This document shows positions 57,787-64,000 of a DNA stretch of 64,000 nt, in pieces; position 1 is the stretch's first letter; each line of letters opens with the position of its first letter. This DNA is from a virus. The position numbers and the translations under genes are program-made. The DNA lies in IMG/VR virus record IMGVR_UViG_3300024346_000017, positions 49,109-113,108 of that record; one strand, given 5' to 3'. Under the pieces are notes generated by a model that saw only the letters and a list, made by a program, of their open reading frames with translations, did no database searches and was not told the origin of the DNA.

Positions 57787-59234
57787 TGTCACTGATACTA
57801 GGAATTAATGAAACATCTCATGACGCATCAGTATCTTTAATTAAAGATGGCGAGATATTATTTGCTGGTCATGCAGAAAGATATAGCAAGCAAAAAAATG
57901 ACTGGTATGTAAATGATTCTTTAATACAGGACGCCCTGTCTTACGGGACACCTGATCATATAGCTTATTATGAGAAGCCTCTTCTAAAGGCCTCTAGGCT
58001 ATTTATAAGGGGTGGTGCAGGAGACTGGAAGCCAAAGTTTAATATACCAGGAGTCCCTAGAAAATCTTTTAGCCACCATTACTCTCATGCATGTGCAGGA
58101 TATTATACTAGTTCTTTTAATGATGCCGCTATCGTAGTTCTTGACGCAATAGGAGAATACAACACTTCAACTATTTGGGTTGGAGAAGGAGAAAAGATTA
58201 GTCTTAAGTATAAGCAAAACTATCCAGTAAGCTTTGGTTTATTTTATTCTGCTTTTACTAAATTAATAGGCCTAATGCCAAATCAAGAAGAATATATTAT
58301 GATGGGGATGGCAGCTTATGGAGACTGGACAAGATACTATAAAGAGGTGGATAGCTATTTCCCACAATACGATCAACAAAAATATAATTTCCATAAAGGA
58401 ATATATGATTGGCAAACTATAATTACAGAGCAAGACAGGTTTGATATTGCAGCAGCAGTTCAAATGGTATACGAGCAAAGACTAAATCAATTTATGCGTA
58501 TGGCAAAGCATCTAACTGGCAAAAATAATTTAGTGTTTATGGGAGGATGTGCTCTTAACTCTTCAGCCAACACTTTGCTTTGGGATATTTTTGATATGAT
58601 TTGGATTATGCCAAACCCAGGAGATGCTGGAAGCTCATTGGGTGCCGCTGCAGCACTATACGGTAAGCATTTAGAATGGAAAGGCCCTTACCTAGGATAT
58701 GATATGGGGGGCAAGTATCCAGTTCAAGAAATTGTGGACGGCATACTAAAGGATGGCATTGTTGCTGTAGCATCAGGAAGGGCTGAGTATGGACCAAGAG
58801 CATTAGGCAATAGAAGTATTTTAGCTGATCCAAGAGATCCATTAATTAAAGACAAGGTTAATTTAATTAAACAAAGAGAATTATTTAGACCGTTTGCCCC
58901 AGTGGTTATGGCAGAGCATGCATCTAAATGGTTTGATATGGATTTTGAAAGCCCATACATGCAATACACAGTAAAGTGTTTACAGCCAGATAAGATACCA
59001 TCTGTTGTGCATGAAGATGGAACATCCAGAGTTCAGACAGTAACAATTAAAGAACACAGGGGTTTGTATATGGCATTAAATAAATTTTACTTACAAACTG
59101 GAGTTCCTATATTTTTAAATACTAGCTTAAATATAAAAGGTCAGCCTCTTTTAAATGACGAGCAAGACGCTATTGACTGGCAGGCTCATTACAAGTATAA
59201 TATAGTAATGAGTCCCAATAGCTCAGTTGGTTAG
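57786..59234 (+). CDS. Carbamoyltransferase (NodU/CmcH/TobZ family)
   Basis: ILGI...SHDAS, ERY..QKND, HHYSHA, MGMAAYG, GGCALN, GDAG...GAA, EYGPRALGNRSIL, FRPFAP, DGTSR.QTV, LNTSLN. Confidence 0.95.
   Translation: MSLILGINETSHDASVSLIKDGEILFAGHAERYSKQKNDWYVNDSLIQDALSYGTPDHIAYYEKPLLKASRLFIRGGAGDWKPKFNIPGVPRKSFSHHYSHACAGYYTSSFNDAAIVVLDAIGEYNTSTIWVGEGEKISLKYKQNYPVSFGLFYSAFTKLIGLMPNQEEYIMMGMAAYGDWTRYYKEVDSYFPQYDQQKYNFHKGIYDWQTIITEQDRFDIAAAVQMVYEQRLNQFMRMAKHLTGKNNLVFMGGCALNSSANTLLWDIFDMIWIMPNPGDAGSSLGAAAALYGKHLEWKGPYLGYDMGGKYPVQEIVDGILKDGIVAVASGRAEYGPRALGNRSILADPRDPLIKDKVNLIKQRELFRPFAPVVMAEHASKWFDMDFESPYMQYTVKCLQPDKIPSVVHEDGTSRVQTVTIKEHRGLYMALNKFYLQTGVPIFLNTSLNIKGQPLLNDEQDAIDWQAHYKYNIVMSPNSSVG
59173..59201 (+). 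promoter_or_regulatory. Promoter for tRNA pair, inside the carbamoyltransferase 3' end
   Basis: TTGACT-17-TATAAT, 10 nt before the first tRNA. Confidence 0.75.
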
Positions 59235-59285
59235 AGCCCCGAACTCATAATTCGGTAGTCGTAGGTTCGAGTCCTACTTGGGACA
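59212..59285 (+). tRNA. tRNA with CAT anticodon (Ile2-lysidine type or elongator Met); CCA not encoded
   Basis: Acceptor GTCCCAA/TTGGGAC, D arm GCTC/GAGC, anticodon arm CCGAA-CTCATAA-TTCGG, T arm GTAGG-TTCGAGT-CCTAC. Confidence 0.9.
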
Positions 59286-59289
59286 CGAA

Positions 59290-59365
59290 GCCTTTGTAGC
59301 TCAGTGGATAGAGCAGCAGGTTTCTACCCTGCGTGTCGGAGGTTCGATTCCTTTCAGGGGCACCA
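59290..59365 (+). tRNA. tRNA-Arg(TCT) with encoded CCA
   Basis: GCCTTTG/CAGGGGC, GCAGG-TTTCTAC-CCTGC, GGAGG-TTCGATT-CCTTT, ACCA end. Confidence 0.9.
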
Positions 59366-59378
59366 TCTTTTTGATAAG

Positions 59379-59387
59379 TGCTATAAT
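59379..59387 (+). promoter_or_regulatory. Extended -10 TGCTATAAT
   Basis: Intergenic, upstream of 59416. Confidence 0.6.
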
Positions 59388-59415
59388 GTATAAATAGAAT
59401 AGAAAGAAGAGTCAA

Positions 59416-60354
59416 ATGATTGAATCAGAAATTAATAAACCCCATCAAAACTATTTAGAGGGATGGGAAAATCTTTTATTACAAGACATAAGACTTGCTG
59501 GTTATGGAAATTTTAGCGAAGACATTATCCCAATTGAATACTTTAAAAATGATCTTGGGTATAGAAGCCAAGCATTTGAAAATAAAGCCGACATTTTGTT
59601 TTTAGGAGATTCATTTACTAGGGGAGATGGCTTACCAATAGAAAAAGTTTATACACACATGCTGTCAGAAAAATTAAATCTTAGTTTTTCTTGTCTGGCA
59701 ACTGGTGGGGAATCTGTAGCAATGCAAATAGCTAAATGCTTTTTTTATTTTAAAAAGTATGGCCACCCAAAAAAAATTGTAGCTTTATTTCCAATGCATC
59801 GATTTTCATACCCGTATATTTTTGGAGAAATGGAAAATCCTAAAGAAAATATTAAGCAGGCAAAAGTATTTAACTCCCCTGGGGTAGAAGAAAGATATGT
59901 ATTGACTTCAGATTTATATGAATTTAAAGTAGAGGACTATGCAAAAAGGCCTTATCTACCAAGACAAGTTATATCTAATCAACTTGCTTTTTTCTATGAC
60001 AGAATTATGCTAGACATGCTAGAGCAATATTGTGAGTCTAATGGCATTGATTTTATATGGAGCTGCTGGAATCAAGGTTACCAAGCAGCGCTTTACGAGG
60101 CAATTGAAGAAAAATATCCTGGGTACCACAAAAATTATTGCTGGATAGAGGCAAATAGCTGGTACTCAAATGGAGAAGTTGTCCTCCCCCCTGGTCAAAA
60201 AGAGGTTGATTGCCATTTAGAGTTTAGCGACGATTTTCTGTTTCATATAGCCGCAGATAGGGTAAAAAATAATGGAAGAGGGGCACACAACGGATCCCAC
60301 TGGCATATGCATGCCTCAGAAGATTTCTATAACTTTATTGTTAATAAAAAATAA
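59416..60354 (+). CDS. SGNH/GDSL-like protein (paralogue B)
   Basis: NDLGYRS, FLGDSFT.G.G, LA.GG.S, C-terminal AHNG..WH. Confidence 0.65.
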   Translation: MIESEINKPHQNYLEGWENLLLQDIRLAGYGNFSEDIIPIEYFKNDLGYRSQAFENKADILFLGDSFTRGDGLPIEKVYTHMLSEKLNLSFSCLATGGESVAMQIAKCFFYFKKYGHPKKIVALFPMHRFSYPYIFGEMENPKENIKQAKVFNSPGVEERYVLTSDLYEFKVEDYAKRPYLPRQVISNQLAFFYDRIMLDMLEQYCESNGIDFIWSCWNQGYQAALYEAIEEKYPGYHKNYCWIEANSWYSNGEVVLPPGQKEVDCHLEFSDDFLFHIAADRVKNNGRGAHNGSHWHMHASEDFYNFIVNKK

Positions 60355-60357
60355 AAA

Positions 60358-60366
60358 TGATATAAT
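60358..60366 (+). promoter_or_regulatory. Extended -10 TGATATAAT
   Basis: Upstream of SD AGGAG of the lysin gene. Confidence 0.6.
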
Positions 60367-60405
60367 TCTTATATCGAGTGTTTAAACTAAAATAGGAGAA
60401 ATAAA

Positions 60406-61020
60406 ATGGCAGCAAAAGGAAGTTTAGAAGCAATAATTGAAGTTGCAAAAAAAGAAGTTGGAACTATTGAAGGCCCAAAAGATAATGAAACAAAGTACGG
60501 CGCATGGATGAAGGTAAACTTTCAACCATGGTGCCAGTCATTCGTTTCTTGGTGTGCATACACAGCTGGCGTAGCAAAATTTCCAAAGTCTGCGTCAACT
60601 GTAGCAGCATCAGATCAGTTTAAAAAAGAAGGACGATGGTCAGATGCACGTAACGATGATCCACAAGCAGGAGACTGGATCTATTTTGATTTCCCAGATG
60701 ATGGGGTAAATCGTATTTCACATGTTGGTCTTTGCATTAAGAATAATGGCGATGGAACAATTCAGGTTATCGAAGGAAATACATCTGGAACTGCAAAGGG
60801 AGATCAGCGCAATGGTGGAATGTGTGTTGAAAAAACTCGTGCCTATGTAAAAGATAATAAGAAGAAGTTGCTCAATGCAGTAGTTGGCTGGGGACGACCA
60901 GTATATTCTGGAGAAGAGAATGCTCCACTTTTAAATAAGTTGGCATCAGCTCCAGCAAAGAAAACAACACCAGCAAAGACAGCAAAAGGCGGCGGCGGAA
61001 AGCCAGCTGTAGCAAAGTAA
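60406..61020 (+). CDS. CHAP-domain peptidoglycan hydrolase (endolysin)
   Basis: PWCQSFVSW, P.AGD.I.F, HVG, IEGNT. Confidence 0.88.
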   Translation: MAAKGSLEAIIEVAKKEVGTIEGPKDNETKYGAWMKVNFQPWCQSFVSWCAYTAGVAKFPKSASTVAASDQFKKEGRWSDARNDDPQAGDWIYFDFPDDGVNRISHVGLCIKNNGDGTIQVIEGNTSGTAKGDQRNGGMCVEKTRAYVKDNKKKLLNAVVGWGRPVYSGEENAPLLNKLASAPAKKTTPAKTAKGGGGKPAVAK

Positions 61021-61439
61021 TGTTTGAGTACTATGTAAAAAAAGTATCAAAGGTTGTAGATGGAGACACCATTGATGTTGATATCGACCTTGGTTTTGAT
61101 ATATCATTTACGTCTAGAGTTAGATTAGCTGGAATAGATACTCCAGAATCCAGAACTACAGATAAGATGGAGAAAGCTCTTGGCCTAGAGGCTAAATCTT
61201 TTTTAAAGAATGCAATAGATTCTGCTAAAACCGTTGTAATCAAAACAGAAAAAATGGATTCATCGGAAAAGTATGGAAGAATTTTAGGATGGGTATTCCT
61301 AGACGGATCTGATAAATCTATTAATGAAGAAATGATTGCTGCTGGACATGCTTGGGGATACCTTGGAGACACCAAGGTTAAAGATTTTAATGCACTTGCA
61401 AAAGCTAGAGCATCTTACAATGGAAAGTATAAAAAATGA
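61020..61439 (+). CDS. Thermonuclease (SNase-like)
   Basis: VVDGDT, RVRLAGIDTPE, KYGRILG, N..MI..G.A. Confidence 0.92.
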   Translation: MFEYYVKKVSKVVDGDTIDVDIDLGFDISFTSRVRLAGIDTPESRTTDKMEKALGLEAKSFLKNAIDSAKTVVIKTEKMDSSEKYGRILGWVFLDGSDKSINEEMIAAGHAWGYLGDTKVKDFNALAKARASYNGKYKK

Positions 61440-62197
61440 TTATTCAAATTATGGGCCTACCAGGCTCTGGCAAAACAGAGCTGGCAAAGGCTTTGAAGGA
61501 ACGCATAAATGCTATCCATCTTAATGCAGATGAAGTACGTGCAACAGTAAACTCTGATCTAAGCTTTACTCCAGAAGACAGAATTGAGCAAGCAAGACGC
61601 ATGGGGGAGATGGCTCGCTTAATTGCTAAGCAAGGAGTTGCGCCAGTTATTGTAGACTTTGTATGCCCAACTGACATAACTCGTGCAGCATTTGGTAAGC
61701 CAGATATATTTGTATTTATGGACACTCTTGCGGAAGGTCGTTTTGAAGACACAAACAAAATGTTTGAGCGCCCAACAGAGTTTGATGTATCATTTATTAG
61801 TCACAACTTAGATGCTGAAGCAAAGGCATCTCACATCATTGATAAGTTTAAATTGCACGATTGGTCAGCTCCAACAACTTTAATGTTAGGTAGATATCAG
61901 CCATGGCATGAGGGCCATCACGCACTATATAAAGAGGCGGGCCAAAGAACAGATCAAGTTCTTCTTGGAGTACGCAATACATATAATACAAGCGAGAAAG
62001 ATCCTCTCAAGTTTGATCAGGTAAAAGAGTACATTGCTAAAGATGAATTTATGGATGGCGCATTAGTGCTAAGACTTCCTAACATTACTAACATTGTATA
62101 TGGTCGTGATGTAGGATACAAGATTGAACAAGTGGATTTGGGGGCAGACATTCATGCTATATCGGCTACGCAAAAACGTAAAGAAATGGGCCTCTAA
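61436..62197 (+). CDS. cysC: Adenylyl-sulfate kinase fused to HIGH-family nucleotidyltransferase
   Basis: GLPGSGKT, NADEVR, DL.F..EDR.EQARR, FVCP, FE.P; then GRYQPWHEGH, YGRD, ISAT..R. Confidence 0.8.
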   Translation: MIIQIMGLPGSGKTELAKALKERINAIHLNADEVRATVNSDLSFTPEDRIEQARRMGEMARLIAKQGVAPVIVDFVCPTDITRAAFGKPDIFVFMDTLAEGRFEDTNKMFERPTEFDVSFISHNLDAEAKASHIIDKFKLHDWSAPTTLMLGRYQPWHEGHHALYKEAGQRTDQVLLGVRNTYNTSEKDPLKFDQVKEYIAKDEFMDGALVLRLPNITNIVYGRDVGYKIEQVDLGADIHAISATQKRKEMGL

Positions 62198-62246
62198 AAT
62201 TTGGGACTTTGTAACAAAGGACAATAATATTGGGTGGCCATCATGA
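62154..62246 (+). CDS. Possible 30-aa overlapping basic peptide
   Basis: MLYRLRKNVKKWASKIWDFVTKDNNIGWPS; its TGA overlaps the DUF2061 ATG. Confidence 0.4.
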   Translation: MLYRLRKNVKKWASKIWDFVTKDNNIGWPS

Positions 62247-62446
62247 ATGTATCTAAACAAAGATCAGCACTAAAGGCAATTACATGGCGTGTTATTGGCA
62301 CAGCAGACACCTTTGTGATATCTTGGGTTATAACTAAAGAGCCAGTTACGGCAGGAGCAATCGCAAGCTTTGAGGTATTTACAAAAACTATTCTTTATTA
62401 TTTTCATGAGCGCGGGTGGAATAAAGTTAAGTGGGGTAGAAAGTAA
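62243..62446 (+). CDS. DUF2061 membrane protein
   Basis: RSALKAITWRVIGT.DT...K..LYYFHER.W..V.WG. Confidence 0.85.
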   Translation: MNVSKQRSALKAITWRVIGTADTFVISWVITKEPVTAGAIASFEVFTKTILYYFHERGWNKVKWGRK

Positions 62447-62634
62447 TGCCAGTATATGAATATAAATGCTCGTATGATGAAGCTCACCCACTAATGTCAA
62501 TCAATAGATCTATTACGGATACTGATCCAGGGTATACATGCGTAGAATGTGAATCAGATATGATGAGGCACTTCACCCCATTTGGAATTCAATTTAAAGG
62601 CAATGGCTTTTATAAGACTGATAATCCAAAATAA
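62446..62634 (+). CDS. FmdB-family Zn-ribbon protein
   Basis: MPVYEYKC...C..C...M.R.....I.FKG.GFY.TD. Confidence 0.85.
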   Translation: MPVYEYKCSYDEAHPLMSINRSITDTDPGYTCVECESDMMRHFTPFGIQFKGNGFYKTDNPK

Positions 62635-63560
62635 TGGAAGACATTAAAAGACTTTTTATAAATGAGCTAATTGAGTTTCCCAATGGCGCTCAGCTAAATC
62701 ATGCAAGAACAGATATACATAAAATAGATTACACTCTCAATAGCTTGGGGTATAGAAGCGAGGAGTTTGATGGTAAATCAGAAATTCTTTTTCTTGGTTG
62801 TTCTCATACATATGGACAGGGTCTACCAAAAGAAGATGCGTGGACACATATTCTATCTAAAAAATTAAATTTAAGTTCGTCTAGCCTAGCTGCACGTGGC
62901 GATTCTGTTATGGGACAAGTATCAAAAGCTTTTTATTATTTTGAAAAATTTGGCAATCCAAAAATTGTAGTAGCCTTATTCCCATTTTCTAGAATAATGA
63001 CTCCTTATACAAAGGGTAAGATGGAAACCAAAAATGAGTTTAAGAGACACAAGTTTACGGAATATGATTATATGCCTTTAGTTGAATACTCAGAGACTTG
63101 GGGCTCGTTTGCTAAATATGCAAAAGCTCCATACGATCCCCAAGATATACTAACAGAAGAGTTTGTATTCTTTTATGAGAATATTTTTATTGATATGCTG
63201 AGACAATATTGTAAGTCAAACAACATAAAGTTTGTTTGGAGTAATTGGGACCCCATGTATCAGGAAGATATATACAACGAAGTAAATTCATTTTACCCCC
63301 AGCACCATGAAGGCTATTGTTATATTGAAGCATTTGATTGGAAAATTCCCAATCACGAACCAACCCAGTCTGGTGCACGTGGAGAAGCAGATAACTATGG
63401 AGAATTTAATGCCTTAGACTGTCACTCAGAACACGATAGAGACCATGAACTATTTTATCGTAGTTCAGACAGAGCAAATGAACATATACCTCATTGGGGT
63501 ACACACAAACAATTACATATAGCAGAAGATTTCTACAACTTTATTGTTGACAAACTTTAG
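62634..63560 (+). CDS. SGNH/GDSL-like protein (paralogue C)
   Basis: NSLGYRS.EF, FLGCSHTYGQG, LA.RGDS, C-terminal PHWG.H.Q.H.AE.F. Confidence 0.65.
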   Translation: MEDIKRLFINELIEFPNGAQLNHARTDIHKIDYTLNSLGYRSEEFDGKSEILFLGCSHTYGQGLPKEDAWTHILSKKLNLSSSSLAARGDSVMGQVSKAFYYFEKFGNPKIVVALFPFSRIMTPYTKGKMETKNEFKRHKFTEYDYMPLVEYSETWGSFAKYAKAPYDPQDILTEEFVFFYENIFIDMLRQYCKSNNIKFVWSNWDPMYQEDIYNEVNSFYPQHHEGYCYIEAFDWKIPNHEPTQSGARGEADNYGEFNALDCHSEHDRDHELFYRSSDRANEHIPHWGTHKQLHIAEDFYNFIVDKL

Positions 63561-63575
63561 TTTAAACTAACATTC

Positions 63576-63584
63576 TGCTATAAT
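63576..63584 (+). promoter_or_regulatory. Extended -10 TGCTATAAT
   Basis: Upstream of SD AGGAGA. Confidence 0.6.
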
Positions 63585-63627
63585 TACTAAGTAAGCAAAA
63601 ATATTGCATTACTTAGGAGATCCCTAG

Positions 63628-64000
63628 TTGACTAGAAAGATTAAGTATTTTTTAACCAGCCTTTTTATAATCGGCTGGCTTTTCCTTTTTAGTCCTAACT
63701 TTGCTAATGCTAATGAGCCACCCGCTCCCTCAGAGCAAGTTGTTGTAAGCCCAGCACAACAAGCGGTCAATACAGCAATCGCAACTGCAACTACAGAAGT
63801 TGCACAAGCCGCAGCTGCATCAGATACAGCAACAGTGACTATAGCCACTGCGGTTGAATCAGTAACAGCGTCTAACACTGCTGTAGCAGCAGCAAATACA
63901 GCGGTAGCAGCAGCAACGGCTGCGGTAGCAGAAGTATCAAATGTATCCTCAGCCGTAGAAACAGCAACAACAGTTGTTCAAACAGTTACATCAACAATAG
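63628..64000 (+). CDS. Secreted Ala/Thr/Val-rich protein, 3' truncated (absent from ORF track)
   Basis: SD AGGAGA plus TTG; MTRKIKYFLTSLFIIGWLFLFSPNFANA signal peptide, then an open frame to the window end. Confidence 0.75.
   Translation, partial: MTRKIKYFLTSLFIIGWLFLFSPNFANANEPPAPSEQVVVSPAQQAVNTAIATATTEVAQAAAASDTATVTIATAVESVTASNTAVAAANTAVAAATAAVAEVSNVSSAVETATTVVQTVTSTI

Noticed and set aside
56677-62446. Saxitoxin or Nod-factor biosynthesis
   Set aside because: Only generic tailoring families are present; no core enzymes such as SxtA/SxtG or NodABC.
1-64000. Stop-codon reassignment
   Set aside because: Long genes are intact in code 11 and TAA, TAG and TGA all end genes; no suppressor tRNA.
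1-64000. Minus-strand ORFs in the track
   Set aside because: All lie antisense to better-supported + strand genes and lack recognisable motifs.
1-64000. Prophage or host chromosomal DNA
   Set aside because: No integrase, att site or host housekeeping context; recA, dnaE and dnaB are embedded among phage genes.

Overview
A 64-kb piece of a large, AT-rich tailed-phage (siphovirus-type) genome. Every credible gene is on the + strand. The gene order, the DnaE/RecA/Cas4/RuvC replication set and the leaderless sigma70-type promoters suggest a phage of low-GC freshwater Actinobacteria, resembling large Streptomyces siphoviruses (inference). Order: Ala/Thr-rich fibre genes; an FN3 protein ending in (x-FFAPP)n repeats; an operon of five prolyl-4-hydroxylase-like 2OG-Fe(II) dioxygenases plus DUF6065; a collagen-like fibre; portal, protease/scaffold, capsid, neck and tail genes with a -1 frameshifted tail chaperone and a 3020-aa tape measure protein; baseplate and fibres; replication/recombination genes; terminase; and an accessory block. 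That block holds three SGNH-like paralogues, a carbamoyltransferase, two tRNAs, a CHAP lysin, a nuclease, an APS kinase-nucleotidyltransferase fusion, DUF2061 and a secreted protein. Best candidates for undescribed biology: (1) a phage protein-hydroxylation system, with Pro/Phe-repeat and collagen substrates flanking a P4H/DUF6065 battery; (2) a tape measure protein built like a polyprotein, with FxxGG-delimited cargo modules including an ADP-ribosyltransferase-like domain; (3) a roughly 250-aa minimal PAPS-synthase-like fusion near a carbamoyltransferase/SGNH module. All calls come from reading motifs by eye; no database searches were run.
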